The notes under the pieces are model-generated. The model saw only the letters and a list, made by a program, of their open reading frames with translations. It had not been told where the DNA came from and did not search any database. 64,000 nucleotides of DNA from Macrostomum hystrix (taxonomy: Eukaryota; Animalia; Platyhelminthes): contig CATNEN010000011.1 in NCBI GenBank assembly GCA_950097015.1, forward strand, positions 4,774,001-4,838,000, written 5' to 3'. This document shows, one piece after another, positions 50,993 to 63,600 of this stretch (positions within the stretch are counted from its first letter, which is position 1; the number at the start of each line of letters is the position of its first letter). The translations under genes and the position numbers were made by a program.

Positions 50993-52746
50993 CGAGGGGT
51001 GTTTCAAAAGTAACGAGAATTTAGTCATAACTTTTTAATGGATAAACTTTTTAACTTGAAATTTTTACCCGATAATTTTGCAAATATGGACAGCACACAG
51101 CTTCAGTTGCAACTCTATCGCTCTACATGCACTAGTGAAATCTCACATTAAAGTCCAGACCTCGAGATTAAAAATTACGATTTTTGTCTGTGGTCTATTT
51201 ACCTGAGAACTTGCTTAGAACTTGAAAACTGCTAATGATGCTGCTGATGCACTCAGCTGCTTCTGATACTGTCTCCGGTGTCTGCTGTTTATGGGCAAAG
51301 TTGCCTAGGAATTTTTGTTTTTTAAGCTGCATAGGCTGCTCAAAATTGCAAATGCTTGACTGAGAGACTTGACTGAAAACTGCTTTCAAGTGAGACTATG
51401 GAACGACCGAAAGATCATTCAGAAATTGGATCAAAGGAAGGACAACGGCATTTTATCGCTGGTCTGGTTCAACTTGGAAAGAAGCCATGCGATATCGCTC
51501 GGGACCTGAACCAGGCATTTGGAGATCAGGCACTATCGCAAGCGCGGGTTTATGCTCACTGCAAGGCGTTCCGCGAGGGTGCTACAGGATGTGGTGACGC
51601 GCCGAGGTCAGGTCGCCCCCGCACGTCAACGGATGACAACAGCAAACAGATTGTCCGTGATTACCTCTGCGCCAATCCTTCTGCCACATTGCGTGAAGTT
51701 GAGGAGGTCTGTAGCATCTCCATTGCTTCTGTGAGCCGCATCCTCAAGGAAATAAACTGGTCGAGAGTCTGTGCCAAGTGGGTGCCGCGTGAGTTGACCC
51801 TGGACCACAAAAGAAAGCGAATTCAATGTGCAACGGAGAACTTGCAGTTGTGGCAGCAACTTGGTGATCAGGAGTTTAAACGACTTCTCATCAGTATTGA
51901 TGAGACACCACTGCCAATGTTTAATCCACTGACTAAGCAGCAGTCCATGCAGTGGGGGCCCAGGGGCCGTCAGCCGCACACAAAGCCAATGAAGTCGGCA
52001 TGGACACGCAACATCATGTGCACCATGTGGTTTGAGGCCTGTGGGGTTCTGATGGTCGACTACCTGCCAGACAAGGCCACCATCAATGCTGCATACGTGC
52101 AAGATCAAGTTGCTCGTCTGCGTGAAGTCATCCTCCAGAAGCGACGCATCATGCGCGCCAGGCCCTTCATCTTGTGGGACAACGCTCGCCCTCACGTCGC
52201 CGCGGCCACCACAAGGAAAGTGGAAGAGCTCGGCTTTCGGCTGCTTAATCATCCACCTTATTCACCAGACCTCGCCATTGCTGACTTTCACTTGTTTGGA
52301 GTAATGAAGAAGCCCATGCGAGGTCGCGTCTTCACCAGTCGACAGGAAGTCATTGCGGCGGCCAACGAATCTCTCCATGCGCTGCCTGCGAGTTTTTGGG
52401 GGGAGGGAATCGACAAACTGCTGCATCGCTATGAGAAATGTATCCAGCTCGATGGCAGCTTTGTGGAGCGTGCTGAAATCGCTGAAGAAATGGACGAAGG
52501 CGCTGATTTTTGACACAACAAACACGTTCACCTGTTCACTATTTTCCACAGACAAAAATCGTAATTTTTAATCTCGAGGTCTGGACTTCAATGTGCGATT
52601 TCACTGGTGCATGTAGACCGACAGGGTTGCAACTGAAGCTGTGTGCTGTCCATATTTGCAAAATTATCGGGTAAAAATTTCAAGTTAAAAAGTTTATCCA
52701 TTAAAAAGTTATGACTAAATTCTCGTTACTTTTGAAACACCCCTCG
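50993..52746 (+). mobile_element. Full-length mariner (DD34D) DNA transposon, 1754 bp, with 201-bp TIRs (50993-51193 and 52546-52746) and TA target duplication
   Basis: TA at 50991-50992 and 52747-52748. The termini CGAGGGGTGTTTCAAAAGTAACGAG are perfectly inverted. One internal transposase ORF. Confidence 0.96.
51398..52513 (+). CDS. Mariner transposase, 371 aa, apparently intact
   Basis: N-terminal HTH, WVPREL, catalytic SIDETPL / WDNARPH / YSPDLAIAD with 34 residues between the second and third Asp. Confidence 0.96.
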   Translation: MERPKDHSEIGSKEGQRHFIAGLVQLGKKPCDIARDLNQAFGDQALSQARVYAHCKAFREGATGCGDAPRSGRPRTSTDDNSKQIVRDYLCANPSATLREVEEVCSISIASVSRILKEINWSRVCAKWVPRELTLDHKRKRIQCATENLQLWQQLGDQEFKRLLISIDETPLPMFNPLTKQQSMQWGPRGRQPHTKPMKSAWTRNIMCTMWFEACGVLMVDYLPDKATINAAYVQDQVARLREVILQKRRIMRARPFILWDNARPHVAAATTRKVEELGFRLLNHPPYSPDLAIADFHLFGVMKKPMRGRVFTSRQEVIAAANESLHALPASFWGEGIDKLLHRYEKCIQLDGSFVERAEIAEEMDEGADF

Positions 52747-52876
52747 TACTTACTGCTTAAAATACACCTAAAGCATTTTATTTTTCTAAATAGTATATTA
52801 TTAGAAATACTTAATTGAAAGCTAAGATGAAAAAAAAATTGTTTAAATTCAATGGTCAGCCTAAAATTGAGACGAG

Positions 52877-53016
52877 GCATGGCGCGTGTATCTACGTGTA
52901 ATTATCTTTATAAACTCACAGACTTGCTTCCGTACTTTACTTTTGTTTAACTTATCACAAATATTTAAATCAATGTTTTTTATTGGCGCTATTTAAAAAA
53001 ATAATAAATGATACGT
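52877..53016 (+). repeat. About 140-bp direct repeat, copy 2 (right of the mariner)
   Basis: Near-identical to 50618-50757, with one substitution and small homopolymer indels. Confidence 0.92.
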
Positions 53017-53122
53017 AAAAGAGATATGATTTCCCATTTTTACAAAAATAGCATAAGAAATTGTAACCGCTTTTTTATTTTCGAAACAAAATCAAATAAT
53101 TTTATTTATTATTATTTGTTTA

Positions 53123-53320
53123 GGGGTGAGTGGCAGAGCGGTCTAAAGCGTTTGCCGCTCGCACCACGTTCCCTAGCTCGATTTCGCGGCGTGGCCACAA
53201 TTTACGCCCTTGAGGGTCAACTCTCAAGGCACAGTGAAAGTGTAAACTGCCTGACGATGAGAAAGTCAGGGCAGATGTGAGCCTATGCCTCCGTATGTGT
53301 GCGCGTATCACTAAACGACT
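53123..53320 (+). mobile_element. tRNA-derived SINE, family 2, CpG-rich copy
   Basis: GTGGCAGAGCGGTCTAAAGCG resembles the A box/D arm of tRNA-Ser/Leu, with a B-box-like AGCTCGATTTC. No closing acceptor stem. The downstream body is shared with the inverted copy at 25655-25885. Confidence 0.68.
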
Positions 53321-54649
53321 ATACAAGAATCGAACCTCGGCCCTCGAGTCGTGAGTTCGAACTTTCGTAAATCGTAATAAGTCTACTTATAATATGCCCA
53401 ATTAATTAACTCTGCGATTCCCTATATCTAGATCTTGATTTGTACTTTAACATAGTCACACCTTGAAGCTCTAAATGAATAATCTGAAGAGAAAATTCTC
53501 CACCAAACCCCATTTGACTATATGATTTCCTTTTAACAAGGCAGGTAGGAAATTCTCATGCACTTTTAGATAATAAAATGATTAGTGAAGTTCTCATATT
53601 GATGGATTAAAATTGAACACATTGGAAATCGAACTCCGGCGCAACTAGATAAACCTAATAAGTCTGAGTCTGAGAAACATCGCCTACCCTCCTTTACTAG
53701 GAGCAATTTCAATGTTCAACAGAGAGGACAATTAAATAAAAACATCAAACCCAAGATCGCCATGCTTTTTTCTACGAAAATATAAAATATAACTATTAGT
53801 ATTAGCAATGAGTAAACATAATTGTTACTTAATGTTATGTTTATATTTTGTTAAGCTATAGAGCATCATGAATGAAAATAGAATACAAGCGAATGCAAAT
53901 TGGAACTTGAAAACATAAACCGCTATACTAATATTGATAACGCAATTAGATAAAATGTGAAAGTTACAAGATTAGGTGGTAAATATGAACCACTACGGTA
54001 CATTCATGTAACATAATGAACAATGATGAACACTCAAGACAAGCATGAGATAAGGAATCATTGTAGGCTATAATATTCCACAATATGTTTAGTATACAGA
54101 ACTAGCAAATCGAACCCCCCGATAGAGCTGTAGCTATAGCTGGTCAGCCAGCCCCAATTATTTTGTTAAAATCAGACTAAAACAATAGAATTTTTATTGT
54201 GCTGCCATAGATAAGCAGGCACATAATACAACATAAAAGTACAAAAGTGAAATAAACGAACACAACAAACGACAGTTAAGAATTTGTTACATTTACAATA
54301 AACGGACGACACACTCCAACCTCACTGTACAACAAACAATGCTAGCAAAAGTGAAAATTATTTCAGGTACATTTTATAATGATTCATAGCTTACATAATT
54401 TAATGATAAATAAATGAAGCTTCAAATCGGCTGCTTTGCACAGAAGCAGAGACGCGACAGACAAAAAACTGGCAAACAGTTTTCAGCTGCCTTAAATAGC
54501 CTGTACAGTAACTTTACAGATGCTCTTCGAAACTCCACCGGAACCGTAAATACACTACTGCCGCGACCCGACTGAGTAGTAGTATAAACAGAAAACGCAT
54601 TTTGAATTATTGTTAAAGTTCCACCAGAGCCAGCATTTTCCTAAACTCT

Positions 54650-57600
54650 TCACGGTCGTTTCGGTCGGCCAACAATGCCGCTGCCGCCGCCGGCCGTTCG
54701 ACTGCGCGGCTCAGCGTCCAGATCTGCCACCTCGTGCTGGCCGGATGAGGCCAACTGGACGCTGCTAGAAGCTGCCGAGGCAACACCGGCGGTGCTAGAC
54801 TGTTCCAAGTCGCCCTGACTGCCGCTAAGCTGGTCGGCAGCTGAGGCGGCCTTCCAGATGCACACAAGATTGTTGTCAGTGACGGCGCAGATGAACTGGG
54901 CATCGCCGCTGATGTCGGTGGTGTTCACGACAGGACTGTGCTCGCTACGGTTGGATAGAGTATTTTTCACCTGAAAAGGTTACAAAATTTCAATATTTTT
55001 TGTAAACGACCATTGACTTTAAATTATCAGTAAACAATTTCATGAATATCTGGATGAGAGAAGAGAGAGGGGAGAGATAAACTGGGTGAGAGAAGAGACA
55101 GGGGAGAGATAAACCAGGTGAGAGAAGAGACAGGGGAGAGATAAACCAGGTGAGAGAAGAGACAGGGGAGAGATAAACCAGGTGAGAGAAGAGACAGGGG
55201 AGAGATGAGCGATCCGCTATTTAACGTAAGAGAAAAGAAGGTTCTGCCCTACCTGCATATCGGGAATCCTAGCTTCGCCACCAACCGAGCACTGCGGCCA
55301 GGGCAGAATCTTGGACGCCTCCATGCGGAATTTATTCTTTCGGCTAACGCCGGTCCAGTTGATTCTGGAGAAGTCGTACATCCAGATGTTGCCCTCGTTG
55401 TCGCCGCAAGTGACAGCCTGTACACCAGGCCTAGCCGAGCAGTTGATGTAGATCTCGTCAGTTGTTTTCCAACGCACCGAGCCGAGAATGTCAACAAAGA
55501 TGGTCTTGAAATGGCCGGTCATCTTGGCGTAGACAGAGTAGAGATCGATGATAACTAGGCGACCCTCTTCGACGCACTTGCTGACTAGGACGGTGTCATT
55601 GAGCAGGCAGAGGCCGTCGAAGCACGGCTCCTTGTTAGTCGGCACCTTGATCTCGGCATCCGGTTCTCGTTCAGGCAGAGCCTTGGCATTGTCGGCCATC
55701 ACGCTGGCCATCTTCCAGACAAAGATGCCGTCCTCGCAGCCGGCGATGAGGCAGTCCAGGGTGGGCATGAAGACCAGGTTGAGTACAGGATTCACGTCCG
55801 GCCTGGGGCAGCGCAGCTTGGCTAGCAGGGTGTAGCTGGCCTGGAAGTCTGGCGGCATGGGGATGCCGATATCCCACACTAGGATGGAGGCTTTGCTGTC
55901 ACCGGAGAACAACACGGTGGGCTGGTTGGGATGGAAGGCCAGGCAGGCGATTTCATCGCGATGACCCTGCATCTCGCTGTAGCAGACCATCTGGTCCGGG
56001 TAGAGCAGACGGATCATGCGAAGGCGGCCGGCGGCGGCTAAAGTGGGATAATTTGGGATTATTATAAATTGTTAACCTGAAATTCGCAAACTAAAACGTT
56101 CCTCAGGAAACGGACTAAAAATGCGAGATTTACGACTGTTAAAAGTGTATTTAGAACTACTGGAAATGGGATCGATGATTACCAACAATGTGATTGGGAT
56201 TACTAACAAAAGGATTGATGATAACTAATAGTACGGATGAGGATTACTAACAATGTGATTGTTGTGTATAACTAATAATGGGATCGGGGATTACTAATTA
56301 TGGGATTGAGTATTTACAAATAGTGGGATTGAGGATTTAATAATAATGAGATTGAGGATTTACTAATAATGGGATTGAGGATTTACTAATAATGGGATTG
56401 GGGATTTACTAATAATGAGATTGAGGATTTACTAATAATTAGATAGAGGATTTACTAACAATGGGATTTGGGATTTACTAATAATGGGATTGAGGATTTA
56501 CTAATAATGGGATTGAGGGTTTACTAATAATGGGATTGAGGATTTACTAAAAATGGGATTGGGGATGTACTAATAATGGGATTGAGGATTTAATAATAAT
56601 GGGATCGAGGACTACACTAATTATTGGATTGTGGATTCCAAATACGATAAATCTGATTTAGGAGTCTAAACAGCATAAGCTTAAAAAAACTGGAGTCCTC
56701 ATATCCCACCTAATAAAAAAGAAAAAAACACCAAATAGCCAAGCAGAAACTCACCCAAGATCCTAGTGGGCTTATCCTCAATTGGGATAACAGTCCACAC
56801 CAGGCAGTAGAACTCTTCGCTTAAATGTTTGAATCTTTTGACCACTTTGCCGGTGTCGCAGTCGATCAGGCAGACGCTGTCTCCGCCGCAGGTGGCCACC
56901 ACGTTGGTGGTGGCGTCGGCCATGGCCTCCCCGCTGGTGCCGATGGCTGGTTCAAAAGCGCAGCGCCAAACCTTGGTTTCCGTATCCATGGGATTATTAT
57001 CCTTGGAGTGGCAGCGGATAAAGTGCACAGGCTGGTACTGATATTTCTCGTTGGCGTCGCGAATCGATCTGGAATAGGCCGTGACGATCGGGCGCAGCTC
57101 GCTGCCGCCGCCGGCTGTGGCACCGGCGCCGCCGCTGATCGCGACAGACCCGGATTCACCGACGGCCCCGGCAGCCACGGAGCCGCCAGCCAGCTCGGAG
57201 TCCGACCCGATGTCGCCTTCGTCCATTGGCTCCTCCTGTTGAAAGCTGCGGCGATGCTGCTGCAGCTGCTGCTGTTGCTGAACAGCGGCGGAGGAACTGC
57301 CAGCCGCTGCTAGATTTTGCGGCAGAGCAGGACCGGTGGGCTCGGCCACATAGTTGGCCTTGGTCTTGATCTCCTGGTATTGGATGCCTGCGTAATGTTG
57401 CACATGTTTGGAAAACTACTGTAAGTAGTTTAGGTGATTTTTTATAATGATAAAGGACTACTTTACCAGTCAGAATGAAGCCCCTATCTAGCATTAGGTT
57501 AACAGTAGTCACTTTGATATTCTAAATCTAGTAGATTATATTAAAGTACTAGTAAACACTGAAGTTACTGGAGACTCAGTTGGGATTAAAGTAATTCCGA

Positions 57601-60600
57601 CTGGAATCCAAATCGATCGATCTAATCGGTCGTGACTAAAATCATAGTAATTACGATTGGGATTATCGTAGCCCTGATTAGGATTATCGAAGTCCTGATT
57701 GGGATTATCGTAGCCTGATTAGGATTATCGAAGTCCTGATTGGGATTATCGAAGTCCAGATTGGGATTATCGTAGCCTGATTAGGATTATCGTAGCCCTG
57801 ATTAGGATTGTCGAAGTCCTGATTGGGATTATCGTAGCCTTATTAGGATTATCGTACTCCTGATGGGGATTATCGTAGACCTGTTTGTGATTATCGAAAT
57901 CCTGATTAGGGTTAGGGTTATAGTAATCCGGATTGGGATTATTTTAATACTATTGGGATTAGAATAGTGTCGAAAAGAATTAAATTAACCCTGATAAGAA
58001 TTCAAATATCCTAGATTTTAGTTTTAATTTCTGAGAAACAAAGGCACATATTAAAACAAACTTTGTAAGTAAAACAAGCAAAGGCGGCAGTAATCAAGCA
58101 AACATAACAGTGCACTCACGCTGCTGCACAGTCATCTCCCGTCTCTGGTTCTCCTTCTCCTCTTCGATAGTCTTCAGTGTGCGATACTCCTCCTCCGAGA
58201 ACACGCCCATCTCCGTGTACCTCTTGCGCTTGTTAGTCGGCCGAGTCCTGACCCCGACAGACTCCCAGTCGTCCTGGCCAGGCCTGGCTCGCTTCCTCTC
58301 GGCTGCGGCGGCGGCCGCGGCGGCAGCAGCAGCGGCAGCGCCGCGCAGTGAAATTTCGTTTGGCAAAAAGTCGGCAGTCGGCTTGCCAACAACGCCTTGA
58401 GTCTTGACAACAGTGTAAACAATGGCCATGCCGCGGCGTACGGCCCGCTCCAGCACAGCCCGATTGGATTCCTGCGGATCGATGGCGGCAACAGCGTCGG
58501 CGTCTTCAACGTCGCGCACCTCGGCTGGCACAGACTTATCTAGGATTAGCTTGCCGCTCAGCATATCGCCAACGTAGCGCCTAATTAAAACATCCTTGAG
58601 CTGCGACCACGGCTCCTCTAGAGGCAGCGGGCGAGGCTTCAAAGCCAGCACGAAGCTTTCAATCACTTTGTTGGCGTCTCGTTCTGGTACGCCTTTCTTA
58701 TAGTGCTCGGCATAGTCGACATTCCACTTGTAGCCAATCTGCTTCACAATGGCGTCCCGACTGCGCTGCAGCGCGTTGAGCATGGAGTCAGTGAGCCGGC
58801 TGGTTGGGTTGAATGACCGACCGTTGATCATGCGTAGGCGAGGATTAAAGTAGGACAGGGTCAGCTCGCTGCACAGCACCGTGCTGTCAATCTGGAGTGC
58901 GGGGTAGGAAGAAAAATTATAAGTGGATTGGGATAATGAATATTGAGCACAGTAGATAGGGATAACAGAATTTTGAGCTCAGTTGATAGGGATAACTGAA
59001 TATTGAGCACAATAGATAGGGATAACTGAATATTGAGCTCAGTAGATAGGGATAACTGAATATTGAGCTCAGTTGATAGGGATAACTGAATATTGAGTTC
59101 AGTAGATAGGGATAACTGAATATTGAGCTCAGTAGATAGGGATAACTGAATATTGAGCTGAGTTGATAGGGATAACTGAATATTGAGCTCAGTAGATAGG
59201 GATAACTGAATATTGAGCTCAGTTGATAGGGATAACTGAATATTGAGCTCAGTAGATAGGGATAACTGAATATTGAGCTCAGTTGATAGGGATAACTGAA
59301 TATTGAGCTCAGTTGATAGGGATAACTGAATATTGAGCTCAGTTGATAGGGATAACTGAATATTGAGCTCAGTTGATAGGGATAACTGAATATTGAGCTC
59401 AGTTGATAGGGATAACTGAATATTGAGCTCAGTAGATAGGGATAACTGAATATTGAGCTCAGTTGATAGGGATAACTGAATATTGAGTTCAATAGATAGG
59501 GATAACTGAATATTGAGCTCAGTAGATAGGGATAACTGAATATTGAGCTGAGTTGATAGGGATAACTGAATATTGAGCTCAGTAGATAGGGATAACTGAA
59601 TATTGAGCTCAGTTGATAGGGATAACTGAATATTGAGCTCAGTAGATAGGGATAACTGAATATTGAGCTCAGTTGATAGGGATAACTGAATATTGAGCTC
59701 AGTTGATAGGGATAACTGAATATTGAGCTCAGTTGATAGGGATAACTGAATATTGAGCTCAGTTGATAGGGATAACTGAATATTGAGCTCAGTTGATAGG
59801 GATAACTGAATATTGAGCTCAGTTGATAGGGATAACTGAATATTGAGCTCAGTTGATAGGGATAACTGAATATTGAGCTCAGTTGATAGGGATAACTGAA
59901 TATTGAGCTCAGTTGATAGGGATAACTGAATATTGAGCTCAGTTGATAGGGATAACTGAATATTGAGCTCAGTTGATAGGGATAACTGAATATTGAGCTC
60001 AGTTGATAGGGATAACTGAATATTGAGCTCAGTTGATAGGGATAACTGAATATTGAGCTCAGTTGATAGGGATAACTGAATATTGAGCTCAGTTGATAGG
60101 GATAACTGAATATTGAGCTCAGTTGATAGGGATAACTGAATATTGAGCTCAGTTGATAGGGATAACTGAATATTGAGCTCAGTTGATAGGGATAACTGAA
60201 TATTGAGCTCAGTTGATAGGGATAACTGAATATTGAGCTCAGTTGATAGGGATAACTGAATATTGAGCTCAGTTGATAGGGATAACTGAATATTGAGCTC
60301 AGTTGATAGGGATAACTGAATATTGAGCTCAGTTGATAGGGATAACTAAACATTCGGAAAATTAGTATTAATTTTAGACTGGGATAACTGGAACGATTGA
60401 TCCTTGTGAACCTGGGATAACTAAAGATTCATCTTAGATAAACAATTATATTGGCCTGTATATCAGGGATTTTATGTAAATAGGATATTTTAAAACAATA
60501 ATGGGATCCATGTATGTCATTGTGAGTGGTCAGTTGGGACCAAACTCACCTTGAGCTCCTCTAGCAGTGGGAACTGTTCCACTAGCGGTGCGTATTGGAA

Positions 60601-63600
60601 ATTATTGCCTGAGATATCCAGCACAGTGAGCCTTGGCAGGTATAAACACCTTGGCAGAAACTGCAGAGCATTCTCGCTGAGATCCAATTGGCGCAGGAAG
60701 GCGCACTTGGACAAATGCACCGGATTAATCGAGGTCAAACCCAGGCCGCTAAGATTTAACGAGGTCACGTGACGAATATCGTGAGCACCGGAAGCCACCA
60801 AAATGTGAGTGTCGGTTAGGCAGTTCTCCTCGATGGTACAGGTCATTCGAAGAGTGCGACCCTGCGGAAAAAGCGTTTCAAGCGAGTCGGTGTCATTTCA
60901 ATGTTCAGAAATTTTAATTCTCACATTTTAGACTCTGGAAGCATGGATTCATTTTTCCTATGAATTAAAAACTGAGGATTTGATGGCTAAAGCTGAGGAT
61001 CTGGTGGCTAAAGCTGAGGATCAGGTGGCTAAAGCTGAGGATCAGGTGGCTAAAGCTGAGGATCTGGTGGCTAAAGCTGAGGATCTGGTGGCTAAAGCTG
61101 AGGATCTGGTAGCTTACGATGAGGATCTGGTGGCTAAAGCTGAGGATCAGGTGGCTAAAGCTGAGGATCTGGTGGCTAAAGCTGAGGATCTGGTAGCTTA
61201 CGATGAGGATCTGGTGGCTAAAGCTGAGGATCAGGTGGCTAAAGCTGAGGATCTGGTGGCTAAAGCTGAGGATCTGATGGCTAAAGCTGAGGATCTGGTA
61301 GCTTACGATGAGGATCTGGTGGCTAAAGCTGAGGATCAGGTGGCTAAAGCTAAAGATCTGATCTAAAAAATCTTTTAAAAAACTTTTTCACAAGCAAAAG
61401 AGAATCTAACTCATAATCCAAAGATTTAGAAAAAAGCAAGAAACAAATCTAATAAACAATGAATTCAATCTCACCTGAGCCTCAGCCTCCTCATCCTGAT
61501 CGCCAGTCAGGGCAGCCCAGGCTTCTTCGTTAACCTCAGCCGGCAGTCTGTCATCCTCGGCGCCATCCTCCAGCACCACGGCGTCAGTGGAAGTCAGCTC
61601 GGGCTCGGGCTTATTAGGCGGAAACGATATGTGGAAGGAGTTCTCACGCAGGGTGATGGTGAGATTCGGCGCTCCGGCAGCCGTGGCATCGCCTGACACG
61701 CCGCCAGTAGGCGGGAAATATCTGCCAGTAGAACGGACAGCTCGTTTGCATAGATCGATGAGCAATTTTCGGTGAGTGAGCACAGCCGGATTCTCGTAGG
61801 CGAACCAGACAGCGGCCTCATTGCAGGCGGACTCAAACGGTGTGAGCACAGCCTGCGGATTGATGTGGCCCAACGCGAATCGGCCATGAATCACAGCCAA
61901 TTGGCGCAGGAAGGCCAGGTTTTTATCCAACTGTCCGGCCAGCTTCAGCTCTTGAAGCCGTCTGGTGTCGTCGTACAGATAGCGCTCGATGGCTGAGCAC
62001 GAGTAGCGATCTTTGTTGCGAACGGAAGCGACCTCGCCAAGCATGCCTTGCACAGTCTGGCGGATCAGGGCCTGCTCCTCTTCGTTAAGTCGGCTGCCAC
62101 CGGCAGTGCGGTTAGATGCCGAGGCTGTTGAGGCTGGGCCAGATTTCTGGTAGGACACTGGAGTGCCGCGGTGACCAGCAGCTTGGATGCCAGACTGAAA
62201 AGAAAAGATTGCAATTTTCGATGCTTGAGGATCTCTGAGGATGATTATCCTGATGAGAGGATCTGTGAGGATGATTATCCTGATGAGAGAATCTGTGAGG
62301 ATGATTATCCTGATGAGAGGATCTGTGAGGATGATTATCCTGATGAAAGGATCTGTGAGGATGATTATCCTGATGAGAGAATCTGTGAGGATGATTATCC
62401 TGATGAGAGGATCTGTGAGGATTATTATCCTGATGAAAGGATCTGTGAGGATGATTATCCTGATGAGAGGATCTCTGAGGATGATTATCCTGATGAGAGG
62501 ATCTCTGAGGATGATTATCCTGATGACAGGATCTGTGAGGATGATTATCCTGTTGAGAGGATCTGTGAGGATGATTATCCAAAAGTGAGGATATTTATCT
62601 CAATGTGAGGATCAGTGAGGATGATTATCCCAATGTGAGGATCTGTGAGGATAATTATCCCACTGTGAGGATCTGAGAGAATATATGATCTAGTAGGAAA
62701 TGAAGTCAATGCGGGGATCTTGAAGAATAGAAATCCCTGTAAAGATCTTAAATGAAGGAAAAAGGGATCTGGGAAACTAGAATCCCTAATGAAGGACATT
62801 AGGATCTAGGAGTTTTGATCCCATTAAGATAAGTTTGATCTTACTTAAATGAACTTACAGGTCCAATATTGGCGGGCCCAGGCGATGACACAGGAAAATC
62901 GATGCCCGTGTATTTCACAGCCATCCGGGCATAATTAACCAAATCCCTGCGGTGGAATAGCAGGGCCGGATGCGCGGCGCAGATCTGAGCGGCAGCTTCG
63001 TTCACAGACAGCTCGTACAGAGTCAGGGGGCGACTCGACGGGCCGCTGGGACGGAACAGCATGGCGTGCCGACGTAGAAGAGCCAGCTGCGATTCAGTGG
63101 CAGTCTCTGGGCTGACACTCTGCAGGCGAACCATTTCCTGGTAGGCCTGGTAGCTGCCCAGTCGCTTGTGATAAGGCTCCGGATAGAAGACGCGATCCTG
63201 GCGTTGCATTTTTGGAGAAAATATTTGAGTATCATCGATTAGTCCATGGACTGGGAGACACCAAAGCCACCTTTGAAATATCCTATCTGATGCTGGGACC
63301 CATTTAACAGCTGGGAAAACTGAATTTATACAGATTAAAGTACAAAATTTATTCTAGTGGAGTTGGGAATCGAAACTCAGACCTTTAAGCCATGAGTCCG
63401 ACGTTGTAAGTACTATGCTACAACCCTCTATCCAGGTCTGGGGTGAAACCTCTAGAGCATTAAAATCTCTAGCCTGAGTCCCTTATAAACACAGGGGAGA
63501 TAAGAGCTTTTATGACAGGCAGACTAAATAAGAGCCTTAGTTATAAATTATGTGAAATCCGGCCTATCCTCCTGTAGCATGTGGCAACTAGATGAACTGA

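Noticed and set aside
51626-52252. 208-aa antisense ORF within the transposase, and similar antisense ORFs in TKFC, kinesin and LRWD1 exons
   Set aside because: These are shadow ORFs caused by GC-rich codon usage on the coding strand.
53123-53200. Candidate tRNA-Ser/Leu gene
   Set aside because: No pairing acceptor stem or clear anticodon arm, and a degenerate B box. The downstream body is shared with a second decayed copy, so it is better explained as a SINE head.
57905-57920. TTAGGGTTAGGG telomere-like dimer
   Set aside because: Only two units at the edge of a degenerate G-rich repeat; too short to call an interstitial telomere.
14875-62608. Long periodic ORFs in the track (for example 14975-15577, 29810-31108, 31610-32827, 58917-60353, 42066-42755, 62171-62608)
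   Set aside because: They are translations of stop-free minisatellites, mostly inside introns of identified genes, and often open on both strands.
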